A stretch of 64,000 bases of DNA from Octopus sinensis (GCF_006345805.1 NC_043006.1:52824001-52888000), one strand, 5' to 3'; positions 13,450 through 27,575 are shown, numbered from the stretch's first letter. The notes: generated by a model from the letters alone, not told the origin. Numbers and translations: made by a program.

Positions 13450-15060
13450 AGATTACCTTATTCAGAATAGCCAGTGTCATCTTTGAAGCACAGCCATCTG
13501 TCCAAAGACCGCAGGTGCAGGTTAGCAGATAGAGATTCAGTAGCCATCAACAAGATATGAATTTCTGAGGCATTAATCTTCATGTCTATTTTGGTAACTA
13601 CAAAGTGTATGCATCTTCGATTTGACCGAGATCTGAAAGTAGAGCCGTTGTAATAGTTCAGAAAGGTATGGATCTCACAATGTAAACTATGTTTTTAGAG
13701 GCAGAATGTAAGTTTGTGATGCAAGTTGTGATGAGCAACGATGGCCATATCTTCAAACTAGTGTCCGTCTTCGCTTCAAAGACGGTGAAGCGACCAGCTT
13801 TCTTCCGGCCACTTCAGATCTTCCTAGAAATGTTCCGCTGCTTAGTGCGACTGGGTGATTAGAACAACATGCTGGGTACACGCTTGGATTGCATGGAAGG
13901 CGGCTGATATTAGATAAATTACAAAAGCTTCACAAATCTACTCTATTTGTCTGACGTATGCCGATTGCCTTTTCCCATTTGTGCCAGTATGGACATCTAG
14001 TAATTTTATTGTGTCTTCCAGATCTAGATAGATTATTCAGTAGGTCAGTGAGTAAGAACAGGTATATTTCCCACAACTCAAAGTGTCGACTAAACAAACC
14101 TCAAAGTTTTGATTTGCACGATCAACGAAGATAAATTCTGTAGGCAGGGACACAGTTTTCAGAAGCTGGTGTCTTTCTAAGCGCTCCAAGCTTAAGGATC
14201 CTATATTGGCGTATTAGATAAGCTAGCATTTACGAGGAGAATCGACAGCACTGAAAAGAGCGATCAGGGCAGAATCGATAAGGTTTACTATGGTGGTCCT
14301 TGAGCCACTACCGCAGAAACTGGAGAGTTTGTGGAGCACATCGCACGGATTAGAATCAGTATATATGGATAACGTAATCGTAATAGAATACCATACCAAG
14401 TGCATCGAAGTGGTCGGGTCGGCACCTTCTAAGAGACTAAGAGGTGTAGACAAGAACCAAAATTAACCAAGAAAGTCAATGGGTCTGCAACCCTGCGTCT
14501 TGAGAGGAAGTTCCATGCCATCTAGCACTATCACGAGGTGATGAAAGGAGAGACCAGTTAAACTGTTCGGAGTCTTCTTTGTCCAAATCTTCATGTGGAC
14601 AAAGACTGGGACAAGATAGCGAGAAGATTGACCAGTCTAAGCCAAAAATAGGCCGAGAAGAACTTATCCTTGAAAAGTCGGACACAGCTGGAGAAAACCT
14701 ACACCTGTCATCTAATACCACGAGACCGTCATGCCTTGTACCTTTTCAAGTCGCATGTGACAGGAATGTCTGCTCTTCTGCTTTTTGTCTTTGGAAAGGA
14801 TGTGTTCCACTGGTCAGGCAGCCCATCTGTTTGTTAACACCTACGTGGAAATTTAGACATGTTTTAACTAATGATGCTCTAAGTTTACGGCATCTCCAGC
14901 GAAGCGAAGCGGAAATTACAGAAAAGAAAAACTGGCATAAATCAACAAAAACAGGTAAGGAAGAATATTTTCTTCCAAAGAACTTAAGCTTTTCTTGGGG
15001 AAATAATGAAGTAAATGAAGAGAACCAAGATAACCTAAGATTCACCATTCTATGAAAATC
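13450..15060 (-). mobile_element. Possible highly decayed I/Nimb-clade LINE (ORF1 zinc-knuckle and APE fragments)
   Basis: Only weak motif echoes across frames: Cys/His cluster (KDHHSKP..C) near 14260-14340, LSIC..P..F...VL near 13500-13550. Clade call is tentative. Confidence 0.3.
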
Positions 15061-15418
15061 ACACAAACGATTAACAGACCAAATTCCGCAACATTGGTGC
15101 CACAGATTTTCCGAACAAGCTTCAGCGACATTAATAAAAAAAGTTAGGTCCAGAACATAAACAGCATGCAGAACAGATTATTAGTAAAATTAAAACCAAG
15201 ACATTACACCAAACTTAACTTAAAAGCGACTATCCTCATAACGCTGGCTGTTTTCCATACCAATTGACTCAACAAATATTTTCTAGGTCATTAAATTACT
15301 TTCGGACACAATTTGAAAAATGATTAAGTGAACGTAACCAGCAATATTTCAACAGTTATTTCCTTCAATAATATTTTGTTTTATTTCTTGTGTGTTTTAT
15401 TGCACTTTATTGCAAATA

Positions 15419-16747
15419 CGAGGGTGGGCTGTAAAGTTCAAGTTGTCTATGAAGGAATGATGCTTGGGCCATGAAATTTTGCATGAATTAATTTCAACCA
15501 TTCAACTCTTTTAATTAATAAATGCATTGTTTCTTTCTATCTAAACTGACATCTGACTGTTCAAAGAAAATTTCAAGAGTAACTAGTACCGACTTGAAAA
15601 TGGACAAATTTTGGCATCGTCGTGTTATCAGGTGCCTGCAGAAAAAAGATTTAAATCCTGACAACATCAATACTGACATTCATGCTGACATTAAGAGATG
15701 ACACTCCGGTTTTATCATCAATACAAAAATGAATTTACGAGGGGAAGGGAGAATCTTGAAGATAACTCAAGGTGTGGACGTCTTGAATCTGCCACCACCT
15801 AGAGAAACATTGATCGTGTTCACTACATAGCGATGGATGACGGCGATTGACTATAAATTAAATAGCGAATGCTATTAGCATAACTATTAGCCTAACTCGA
15901 TGAGAAAGTTGAGAATAGTCTGCCCGATGAACTTGGTATGACGAAGGTTTCTGCTTGGAGGGTGCCACGTCCTATGACACCTGATCAAATGCGCACCAGG
16001 CTGATCACATCATAGGAAAATATTATTGCTTGAGGCAGATCCAGTTGGTTTCCTTGAACGTTTCCTAAGTCAAGATGTGTGTTGCTAAGTGTTGCTAAGT
16101 GTTGCTAAGTGTTGCTAAGTGTTCCTAAGGCAAGATGAGTCAGCGACAAAGAACAATACTCCTCACCTGCTCCAAAGAAGGTTAAGTTCGTTTCATCAGC
16201 TGGGAAGTTGTTGGCCTCAGCTTTTTGAGATGCAAAAGGCATTGTGTTTATTGACTATTTTCAAGGGCCACACCATCAATGGAGAGTACTGTGGCAACTT
16301 GCTATGGCAGTTACGAAAGGCTATGAAGGCCAAACTTTCAAGAAAACTGACGTAAATGAGCCTTGTTTTCGATGCCCCAACGCGCAAGGCCTTGGTTTCA
16401 GTGGATACTGTGCATGACTGTATCTTTGAACCGGTTGATCACCCTCTTTATTCTCCTTATTTGGTCCTATCTGACTATCATCTGCTCCCCAACATAAAAA
16501 CATTTGGATGGGAATCAGTATCTCAGTGATGATTACGTCATATATCTGCTATATTACGTCATATATCTGCTTTTTTAACCAACACAATGAAAACTTCTTC
16601 ACCATTAGGATCCAAGCACTGTAATAATGATGGAAGAAGGGGGTGGACTGCAAGGGGGTGGAGGGATTATGTCGAAAAACGAATCTTATTTAGTCGCATT
16701 CTATTAAAGTATCTTGGATAGCCTATGAACTTTACAGCCGACTCTCG
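15419..16747 (+). mobile_element. Full-length (1329 bp) inactive mariner element with TIRs and TA target duplication
   Basis: Left TA+CGAGGGTGGGCTGTAAAGTTCA; right end reverse complement TA+CGAGAGTCGGCTGTAAAGTTCA. Transposase motifs MDKFWHR.., VSAWRVPRPMTPDQ (cf. WVPRxL), SAGKLLASAF, DHPLYSPYL (cf. HPPYSPDL). Internal 10-bp tandem expansion GTGTTGCTAA at about 16079-16125. Confidence 0.93.
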
Positions 16748-17259
16748 TAAATGGAGTACAAGGTTAGGTTACGAAAGAATATTATACATACAATAGATTA
16801 ATGTTTTAAACTGAGTTAACAAGGATCAGATAACGAAACAAGAATCAATACAATCAAGTAACATACTATAGTAATAAAATTCTTAAATAATTGAATTACC
16901 AACGCATTTGACAAGGAATAAATAATTATGACTACACTTGGAAAACTGACACGGAAATATTATATTCGCCATAGACTTTTAGAAAAAAATCTGTGTAAAA
17001 TTTTCTCTGTGTAAAATAATATAAATATTGTCTGTCGTCAAGGAAGTCAGAAATATATAAAGGGGAAGCTACCGTAAAAGGCAGTTGTGACGAAGGTGGA
17101 CAAACAGCTGCAGATATCATTAAACACGAAGTTGAAAATGGACTCACAAAATGTTAAGCAAAAATTATAACAATGCATGATAGTACTACTTGTTGAAAAG
17201 AATGTGGTACAAACCCCATCAAAAACAACTAACAACATATAATTGTTTATAATTTAAGC

Positions 17260-18245
17260 ATAAGCCTGGTATTATCGAGGGGAGGTGGCCAGTCGATTGC
17301 ATCGCCCACAGTGGAATTTTTCACAGGGAAGAAAAACTTTTAAATAAATACCTGGAAATATTTCTAATTTTGCCATTTACCAGATTAATAATTATTTAAA
17401 CTATAAGCAGAAGGCCTGGAATTCTGAGAGAGAGAGGGTTAATTTATTATATCGAACCAGGTGCTCAAATGGTACGTACGTATTTTATCGATCCCGAGAG
17501 GATAAAAGGCAAGTCAACTTCGGCGAAACTTACAGTCGGATCATAAAGACAGACGAAATGTCGTTAAGCATTTTGTCAGAGGCGTCACCGGGTCGGCGCC
17601 TTAATGATATTAATCTTCTTCATTATTGGCACAAGGCCTTAAATTTTGCGGAGGAGGTTAGTCCATTGCCTGGAATTGACTGGTACTTATTTCATTGACC
17701 CTCGAAAAGATAAAAGACAAGTCGACTTCAATGGAATTACAACAATTCAGTGAAATTACTGCAGTGCTCAACTGGTAATTATTTTATCGATCTCGAATGC
17801 AGAAAAGCAAAGTCGACCCTGGCGGCGTTTAAAATCGGAACGTAAAGACGGGCTTTCTTAATAATATTAATGATTGTTTCAAATTTTGGCACAACGCCTG
17901 CAAATTTAGGGAGAGATGGTGTGTCGATCACATCGCCCCTAAAACTTGATATGCTCTATATTTTATGGCCCCCGAAAAACTAAAAGGTGAAGCTGGCTTC
18001 GATGGCGTTTCAACTCATAACGGAAAGAGCAGGAAGAGATGCTTCTAAACATTTTGTCCGACGCGTTAACGATCCTACCAGCTCTTCACTCTTGATAATC
18101 GACCCCAGTGTTCAACTTCTACTTATTTTATCGTTCCCGAAAGGACGAAAGGCAAAGTCGACCTCAGTGGAATTTGAAATCAGACTGCGAATGCTGGCAA
18201 AATGTCGCAAAACGTTTTGCCTGGCGTGTGAACGATTCTGTAATA
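17260..18245 (-). mobile_element. Cluster of about five same-strand degenerate SINE family B copies
   Basis: Core GGTACTTATTTTATCGAnCCCGAAAGGATnAAAGGCAAAGTCGAC recurs near 17470, 17680, 17775, 17955 and 18120. Confidence 0.8.
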
Positions 18246-18261
18246 ATCTATAATTATTCTA

Positions 18262-18275
18262 TAATAATGATGATC

Positions 18276-18368
<93 letters not shown>
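18262..18368. repeat. Compound (ATG)n(ATA)n trinucleotide microsatellite
   Basis: Directly visible. Confidence 0.97.
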
Positions 18369-18845
18369 TAAACAGACCTCCCTGGAAACCAAGTCAAAGA
18401 TGAGCGATTCGTTGATAGCGTGCCCTACAGTGCTAACCACAGCATTATAAGCAAATAGAACGTGGCTAATTGTCATAAACGAAACCATTTCTGATGAGAA
18501 AGTTTTAGCTGTTACATCATACCAGGTCGAAGTAACATAAACTATTGCCTTGGGTGAAATAAATACCTCACAATGCCTTTTTATGTGTGTTCATAGCAAC
18601 AGCTCACATTTCCTTTTGTTTAAATAGCCTGACTGCTTTGTCAGCGTTAACATCAAGACAGATATTTACTAGAAATAAATAATAAAATAACGGAATTCTT
18701 GTTTCAAATTTCTCGATGACACTATTTAGAATTGAAAGAGAAATATAATAACTAACCTAAGTTTAGCACATACGAAAATAATATATTCCATTTCAGTTCA
18801 CTCCAGCATAAACACTTGTGCATACTCACGTGCGCATACTCACAC

Positions 18846-18894
<49 letters not shown>

Positions 18895-19311
18895 TGATGT
18901 GGCACAGTGTGTCGACAAATGAACATGCTGAAAAACAGGAAAACATACAAACAATAGACACAAATATATTTAATCCTTCATGAGTTACCGGCAAACTATC
19001 GTAATAATTTTGACACCTATAGTTTGCGAAAGCAGTCATATCGTGGAAGAGACATTCAGCAAGTTGCAAACTCGCAATATTTCCTAAATTCACTTTAAGT
19101 TCATTTCTGGGGGTATCGAAGTTTCTGTCACACACTTATGATTGACACTGGCACAATGCAATGATAAGTTTGGAAACTTTTGTTAGTGATCAGTTCTTAT
19201 AGATATGATAACTTGGTCCATTTTCCTTTCTGTTCGATTTCAGCACTTTAGATCAATTGACTCGGTAAACAAGTACAACGCTGAAGTTTACAAAAACTAC
19301 AAATATTCATC

Positions 19312-19520
19312 AAGGCGGTGGGATGGCAGAATTATCAGGAGGCCGGACAAAATGCTTAGGCGTATTTCTTCTGATCTTATGTTCTAAGTTCAAATACCAC
19401 CAAGGTTGACTCTCATCCTTTTGGGGTCGTTAAAATAAGCACCATTTGATCACTGGAGATGATATAATCGCTCAGCTCCCTCTACCACAAAAAAATTCAG
19501 GTCACGTACCTATAGAAGAA
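19312..19520 (+). mobile_element. tRNA-derived SINE family B, diverged
   Basis: AAGGCGGTGGGATGGCAGAA head, GTTCAAAT B box, colinear with the 23564 copy. Confidence 0.75.
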
Positions 19521-19706
19521 AGAATTAATGTTAAATTGATCAATGCTAGATATTATTCTTTTCTGTACCTAATACGCAAGTATGAGTTGAAGCATACTTC
19601 TGCAAAATTTGTGCAATAATCGTATCTGGTGTATATAAGCCTGGAGTATATTCTCGTTTAAATCCCAAATTGATGAAGTATTATTAGCTTCAAATTAATT
19701 TATATG

Positions 19707-19798
<92 letters not shown>

Positions 19799-19799
<1 letters not shown>

Positions 19800-20530
19800 T
19801 AGCAGAGACACTCGGCGTTGCTCGGGATTAAAATAGCATAGTTTGTTTATAATACAGTTATGTTGAAACAGGTGATATGGGAAAGTGCAGCATTGACAAC
19901 AAAACATTTGTGGAGTAAATGATGGGCTAATTCGACTAAGCAACATACTATGCGTCTGTTTGGAGTACTTCAGGCCCTCACCCGTGGGGGTTATGTGATT
20001 TTTGAACGCACCGAGAAGCTGTCAGTGAATATACCCTCTTTTTCAGCAGTCGGCGCGTGTCTAACACGACCCATCATCTGAAATGTTGACACCTCCTTCG
20101 GTTTTGTTGTCCTACATTACTCATAAAGTAAATTTGGAGGAGCTGTGGTTGTTCATTTGTGGGTAACAGGGAGCCAATGAGGTGATAGACTTGCCCTTGA
20201 ACTTTGACGTCGTCGTACATTCATATTTATCTATCTTCTTAGATGCACCAAACGATGTCGTTTGCGGAGTTATATTGTCTGATATTGTTCAGACAATCCT
20301 TTGACTGGATGGAAATGCCTTCTAGAAGATACATAAGAGGTTGCGAAGGATTTGATAGTGCTGGCAATGTTACCTGACCGCCTGAGCAGCACATACCATT
20401 TGTTTCATTTGAAAATTTTTAACCTCTACAGAAAGGACAATTTGTGGTTAACACACCGGATTGGACGAAGTTATCATTTTTATAAGAATGAGATGGATCA
20501 TGTCTGAAATTATGAGCATAGAAAGAAATT
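19799..20530 (-). mobile_element. Non-autonomous Helitron carrying a RepHel N-terminal fragment
   Basis: Minus-strand 3' end ..CCCGAGCAACGCCGAGTGTCTCTGCTAG followed by T (decayed subterminal hairpin plus CTAG). About 20150-20400 translates GQVTLPALSNPSQPLMYLLEG..NNIRQYNS..VKVQGQVYHLIGSLLP, a conserved Helitron N-terminal block. 5' end not located. Confidence 0.8.
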
Positions 20531-21168
20531 ATGCATTAATCCCCATTTTTGTACACAGTTGTATCCGTAAAAATTTCATTTGAAGAGAGCAGAAATTGAA
20601 AGAAGAGAAAGCGAAAAGGACAGAGAAAGAAAGTGAAAGATATATGTACGTCTATATGAAATGGACGTGTGTGTGTATGTGTGTGTGTGTGTGCGTGCTT
20701 GCGCGGGTGTATGTGAGAGAGAAAGAGGGTGAGAAAGAGAGATAGAGTGAGTGAGTGAAGGTGTGTGTCGTGATGAATGATGTCTTTTAAGGTACACATA
20801 TAGAAAATGTGACGTCATCGTATGAAATTTTTACGATAGTTGATTTATGGAAAAGATTATGTTAAAATTTTGAAATGCAAAATATGTGAATGGAAACTAA
20901 GTTTAATTTGTAGCCAAAATAGTACTGAATCTTTTGATACCCCATACTTCAAACTCTGTAACTCGGTTTCGGAAAGCATAAGGAATATATAATATATGGG
21001 ACAGTATCTCACATAACAAAACAGACGTAATACTGAAATAGTACAAGAGATAACAGTTTGCTCTGGGCTCGCATTAGGCAAGAAGCTTGAAATTATTATG
21101 GCCCATGACACTGCATGGACCTTGGCTTTTGTATCTGACGTCTATTGCTTTGAGTATTTTATTTACAT

Positions 21169-21255
<87 letters not shown>

Positions 21256-21284
21256 GCATATGTGGGCACAGGACGTCATGAAAC

Positions 21285-21905
21285 ATGTGCAACAAAAAAG
21301 TACGAAGCACGAGTACATGGAACATGAACTATTCTTTCGAACAATGAAAGACACAAATGAAAAATAAAACAAGCAACATAAAGACCCTTCATCACTTGTT
21401 GGCTGTTTTTCTTGTCTCGTATTTCGAGCATTTAACAACAATATACACTTTCGCTACCGCAAAGCAAATTAAATACAAAATAGGTAACAAACAGAACAGT
21501 AAAAACAAACAGGAAGGGCTGCTAAGCCTAAATGAGCTTGTGGTGGCGAACGCGTAAATCAAGCTAGGATATGGGGCAAACAAGAGCACGTCTTCCTTGT
21601 TTCAGCTACAACGAAGAGAAAAGAATGGCCGATGGTCACGTGGAAGCCACGTGAGCAAGGGAGGAAGAGTTAGGGAGAGAGAGTGACAGACTAATAGGAT
21701 AGAATAGTGGGAGAAGAGGAGTGCAACTGTTTAATCGAAAGCGTATATTGTTGTTAAATGCTCGAAATATGAAACTAGAAAAACAGCTAACAACTGATGA
21801 AGGGTCGTTCTTTATGTTTGTTTTGTTTTCCATTTGTGCCTTTCGTTGTTCGAAAGAATAATTCATGTTCCATGTACTCGAGCTTTGTACTTTTTGTTGT
21901 ACACG
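21285..21905. repeat. Inverted repeat, about 170-bp arms (about 21285-21455 and 21735-21905), flanked by (TA)n; probably PLE-derived
   Basis: Arms align by eye at high identity, e.g. GAGTACATGGAACATGAAyTATTCTTTCGAACAA; CTGATGAAG and CGAAA words typical of PLE termini. Confidence 0.8.
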
Positions 21906-21943
<38 letters not shown>

Positions 21944-22023
21944 GATGCATGTACATATACGTATGCATATATGCATGTAAATATTATTTATATTATATTA
22001 TATGTTTTATATATATGTATATT

Positions 22024-22067
<44 letters not shown>

Positions 22068-22189
22068 GTATAGATGTATGTACATATACGTATGCATATA
22101 TGCATATATATAATATTTATATTATATTATATGTTTTATATATATATATATATACACATATATATATATATATATAAAACATATAATAT

Positions 22190-22486
22190 AATGGCCCAGT
22201 GGTTAGGGCAGCGGACTCGCGGTCGTAGGGTCGCGGTTTCGATTCCCAGACTGAATGTTGTGAGTGTTTATTGAGCGAAAACACCTAAAAACTCCACGAG
22301 TCGCCGGCAGGGGGTTGTGATCCCTGCTGTACTCTTTCACCATTCTTTCTCCCACTCTTTCTTCTGTTGGCCTGCTCGCTTAGCCAGCGGGGTGGCGTCA
22401 TTCGAAGGCTAAAACAATGCGAACGCATTGTGACCAGCGATGTGTAACTACATCTGATGGACTGGTCGGTCACGTGATCATGTGAT

Positions 22487-22495
<9 letters not shown>
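22190..22495 (+). mobile_element. tRNA-derived SINE family C
   Basis: A box TGGCCCAGTGG, B box GGTTTCGATTCC; body colinear with 42290-42594 and 50825-51055. Confidence 0.9.
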
Positions 22496-22531
<36 letters not shown>

Positions 22532-23563
22532 GTGGTTTCGGAAAATGCTAGCGAAAAGCAACAGCAACCGCACTCAAAGTAAATAACAATAACAAGGTTC
22601 AGATCTGGGCAAAGTATGACGAAGCTAAGATTGGTAAAACTTCGAAGTCACTGCCATGCTTTTCCTTGTAAAAATAAATTTATTACTCTGTGATTCTTCA
22701 AAAAGATATTTGACTGTTTTCATATATGACAAATATTTATCGATACATATATTCATAATATATAAATAAATAATAACGGGACAAGAACGCAACAGACGAC
22801 AATAAAAAAACATACAAACAGATGGACGATACGAAGACGGACAGGAAAGCCAGGACGGAACATTCGTGGCTTTCTATTCACCAGTCAAGCTTCCAATCAT
22901 CAATTCAGTTTCGGCTAGTTACGCTTGAGACTGTTCAAAATTGGTAGGCCCCCAAAAAAATATAAGCTAAGGGCATTAACGTTTTTGGAAGAAAGCGAGT
23001 GAATATGTGCTACAACACGGACAAAAAAAAAATATCGATTAAACGGAGAAAATAATACACGATTACAAATACAAACAACGGGAATAACAACAGGTGTCTT
23101 TCGACAAAAATGACAAGTTAAGTTAAGCTGGGGTGTGGAGTGGAAGCCTTGTGGCGACAAAAATAGGTGAAAGTCAGGAGACAGAAAAATAAGATGTGCG
23201 AGCAGCGGTCAGGCCAAGAAAGAAAGATCATGCTTGGCCGAGCACCGATCACGTGGAAGGAACAGAGAGAAGTAGGAGGCTTTTCTCAGCTTGTAAGTAT
23301 ATATTCATAATATATATATACATATCCCTCATACACATTACAGTGGATAACTTTTATGTAAATAGTTAAGATTCCGAGAACATAGACTAAAAGTTATATA
23401 TTAACAAGTACGATATAAGACGGGAAAAAGTGAACCGCTCACTCTTCTCTCCTATACCTGTGGACCTCGTAACTGGCTACCCCAAAGCGCCTCTAGAATT
23501 CTTAGTTTATCAAATTAATTCTTACAAAATATCTTATTGGATAAGCTAATATTATTTACTTCC

Positions 23564-23775
23564 AAGGCGGTGAGCTGGCAGAAACTTTACCACGCCGGGT
23601 GAAATGCTTAGCGGTATGTCGTCTGTTTTTACGTTCTAAGTTCAAATTCCACCGAGGCCGACTTTGCCTTTCATCCTTTCGGGGTCGATAAATTAAGTAC
23701 TAGTTGCGTACTGGAGTCGAGTTAAACGTCTGACCTTTCCCCAAAAATTTAGGGCCTTGTACCTAGAGTAGAAAA
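23564..23775 (+). mobile_element. tRNA-derived SINE family B
   Basis: AAGGCGGTGAGCTGGCAGAA head, AAGTTCAAATTCC B box, conserved GACTTTGCCTTTCATCCTTTCGGGGTCGAT core. Confidence 0.88.
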
Positions 23776-24899
23776 TAATATTATTTGCTTCCTCCTGCGT
23801 CATACGAGGATTGAAAAGATTTTGTTAGCCAAAAAGCCAACGACAGCTTGCTTTAATACTAACATGGTCCAGTATCACACTGAAATTCTCTTATGTTTAC
23901 TGAAACTACGACAAATATAAATAGTAAATGACTATAATGTAAACGGTTCAGATTTTTTATAATATAAGATAAACTTATGCATTTAAAAGCACACCACTAA
24001 ACAAAATAAATTAAAGAAAAACGCGACAAAATAAACTCCCTTCGGAGGTAAGCCCAGTTATCTATCGCATACTTTACTTTGCATCATACTTGTGAGTATA
24101 CAACATAAGTTTATATTAAACTATAAAGTTCTAATTCATATATATTTTTTTCTCTTGTATTTATATTCTAGGGTCGTTTCAAATATAAACACGGAATAAT
24201 GTTTCTGAGCAGTAATTTGCTGATTTAGACAAAGTTGGTGTGGTCAGCCTAGCGTTGGTTACGTGGCTACTGAATATTTTTCATCCTCATATGGAATGTG
24301 CAATCACCCCAGCACTAACCGTGATATCTCAGTTCCTTTCGACGGCTGTATGGCACTGTAACCTTGGTTTACATTTTCTGAGTCTAACCAAGTGCATTCA
24401 CCACAAATCATACATTTGATAATATGAAACTGCACAATCGTAACCGGGGAGCAATTATATATGTTCTAATGCATGTCGACTGATCTTTCACAAACACTTC
24501 TTCAGACATCAAAGAAACTTTCAGACGTTCGAGGATATTATTACCAATATATTCTCAAATAACAGTTCAACGTATTTCGTTCACAACAGTAAAATTGGGA
24601 ACCCAAGGGAATATGAACCCTCATTAAGAAAACCAAAAGATTAAATACAGAATGTTCAGCCAAAATAATGCCAGCAGTAGCATTTTCAATAGATAGCAAT
24701 AACGACATGCGAATCACTCCCACCACACACAAGCTAAAAAAGGCGAATAAAAAAATTAAGCTAGACAAGAATCGTGTTGGTATCGGTACTTCTCCAGGAT
24801 CCTGGTGAGGAATTTGTTGGGTCCTGCTGTCGTGTCGTACTCAGTTTTATTTATTGGCGCTATGAGGTCTGCAGAGTAAGACTGGGTCATTGAGAAACA

Positions 24900-25690
24900 T
24901 TAACCACCACCCAAAAGTGTTCAACTCACTTGCCAAAAACAACATTACGATGCTGAATCATACATTGATTCACTGCTTGATAAAAATATACAACAGCAAT
25001 GATGCCAAATGAATAGGACGATCTGCAGAAACAATACTACTGTCTTCAGTGACCCTGTTGGAGTAAAGATAAACATGATCCTCAATACATCAAACTTGAC
25101 ATCACTTAAATAACATTGGACTTCATATCAGTGCTAAATTTTAATTATGCACTACTCAGCGGCAGGACCCCGTAAATTCCTTGCTAACGTTTTGAAGGAG
25201 TGCTGTCATCTACTTGCATCACCTTTAGCTGATATCGGCAGAAAATCGCTTGATACAGGTTATATACTCTAGCAATTTCTATCCACGTATGCTTTCCTAG
25301 TTTTCAGAATGAGTGGAAAAAAGTCATCTGCTACAGACAGATTTTATATACTTCCCACACTATTCAAGTATTTGAAAAGGGATACGATTAACTGGATTCC
25401 CATGGGGTAATAATCTCCTAAATCCCAACTAATGAGGCTTTCGTTATAGCAGAGGCTACTTAATATAGTCTCTGAAGACCTCAGCATGTTAAATGTTTAA
25501 GAAGAGGGCTGAAAAGCATATATAATAAACTCTAACGACAGTAACACCTTGACAGATTTGACTATAGTATTTTGTTGCAAAAGTAGTGGAGTTCACGCAC
25601 TTGGTTGTATCGTAGTAAGAAGATATTAACCGTTTGCAAGTGATAGGATCTGGCTCAGTAAATGTCAATGGTTTTCCCCAACTCGACTTG
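24900..25690 (+). mobile_element. Degenerate CR1-type RT remnant
   Basis: About 25157-25235 translates AAGPRKFLANVLKECCHLLASPLADI (cf. GPDxIxxxVLKEC..LAxPL); downstream frames broken. Confidence 0.55.
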
Positions 25691-25702
25691 TTGCTCTCTT
25701 TA

Positions 25703-25928
25703 CTCTTTTACTTCTTTTATTTGTATCAGTCATTTAACTGTGGCCATGCTGGAGCACCGCATTTAGTCGAGCAAATCGACCCCTGGACTTATTCTTTGTA
25801 AGCCTAGTACTTATTCTATCGGTCTCTTTTGCCGAACCGCTAAGTTACGGGGACGTAAACACACCAGTATCGATTGTCAAGCAATGTTGTAGGGGCACAC
25901 AAACGTATTCACACACACACACACACAT

Positions 25929-25984
<56 letters not shown>

Positions 25985-26142
25985 GACGGGCTTCTTTCAG
26001 TTTCCGTCTACGAAATCCACACACAAGGCTTTTGTCGGCCCAAGGCTATAGTAGAAGACACTTGCCCAAGTTGCCACGCAGTGGGACTGAACCCTGAACC
26101 ATGTGGTTCGTAAGCAAGCTACTTCACACACAGCCACTCCTA
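25703..26142 (-). mobile_element. tRNA-derived SINE family A, near full length
   Basis: Complete head-core-tail colinearity with other family A copies. Confidence 0.92.
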
Positions 26143-26585
26143 CCCTTATGCGTTAATATAACTTTATAATTTACGTCAACTCCACAAAAATCATTAAGCA
26201 CTGTATGTATATAGACGGTAAGTTTACGGTGCTATGTAGAACTTCACTAAATATTTAAGGGCAGAGATGACTGCGGGCGGTGAATATTGGAAAATTCTGT
26301 CGTACCTCTACGGAAACCGTTAGAGGAATAAAGGATAACTCAATAATGCAGTTTCAAACTCTTCTGATCACGTGCGTGTGCGTGAATCTGGTTGGTCATT
26401 GTCAGTTGAGTCTACCATGGACGACAAAATTTGAATATATCCACTACATCTCTGCGTGTTTACTCGGCTGATAGCTCCAGTCATAATCAAAACCAAGATC
26501 AGTGAAAAAAATATGCATGAAAATATAAATATTATTAAAATAATATTAATATCCAGCAAGAATAAAGCAGCATATCGGTAGAATT

Positions 26586-26629
<44 letters not shown>

Positions 26630-27446
26630 TATTATATAGAGGGCATTACTACACATAAATGCAACACGCTAGGAGTCAAAACTACTAGAATAAATAAACA
26701 CATCGTACCAAATGCAACTCTCGAAGCAAGTCATTTAAAAACAGAATTTAGCTGCAGATAACCGTGATTTCATGATAAGTGCAGTGGTGCACTCTTTACT
26801 CATCAGTGCAAGCATAATTCAAGATTTATAATGAATGAACAAAATCAACACACCAGACGAAACACCATCGTATCCAACGTAGCATATCGCTGTCATTGGA
26901 AAAGTTACATTCCAAGAACGGTCATGGTGTTACGGCTTATCATCAAAAGGGCTATTCTTTTCTGACGATATTCATACTGGTCCCATTTACTTAAATTTGT
27001 TGCAACAATCAGTAGTGCTAGATGGTCAAGTATTTGAAAATGTTGAGTTGTATTTCTAACAGAATGAGGTGTCCCAACATTTCCACGGTAATGTAATGGC
27101 CTACCTTGATGACATTTACACAAAGTTCAATAGATTACCATCCTCGTTTATCAGATCTCACAGCACTAGTCTGTTTATGAGGATACTTATAAGAAAATTT
27201 TTACGGTCATAACCGGCAATATTCTATGAATTGAGCGCCTCCATTGAATGAGAATACCCACAAATACCGAGCAAAATAATTCTTGATGTTTGCTTTGCGT
27301 TATCAGCAGTGTCTGGACATCACACATTCATAAAATAATTTAATTATGTCTGTTAAATTAGATAAAATTGGGACAATGAAAAATATTTTAATACCAACTT
27401 TACAACTTTATAATCATTCAATGCGTGTAGGCATTTTTGGGACACC

Positions 27447-27478
<32 letters not shown>

Positions 27479-27575
27479 CGGGAAGCTTTATGAAAATAAA
27501 CAAAAGACGAAGGCAGGTGGAAAACAAACGAACAATTGTATTAGTATGGCGCTCAGGAAATATAAATAAAACAAG

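Noticed and set aside
14476-15066. Overlapping ORFs of 81-158 aa
   Set aside because: No recognisable domain or splice context; lie within a probable decayed LINE.
16079-16125. Regular short repeats suggestive of CRISPR (also 30317-30388)
   Set aside because: Head-to-tail 10-bp and 14-bp tandem units without unique spacers, inside eukaryotic transposons.
18375-19140. Possible R4/Dong-type 3' ends next to (AAT)n tracts
   Set aside because: Similarity too weak to support.
22190-22260. tRNA-like sequences here and at other SINE heads
   Set aside because: A and B boxes are present but there is no complete cloverleaf and they continue into SINE bodies; not tRNA genes.
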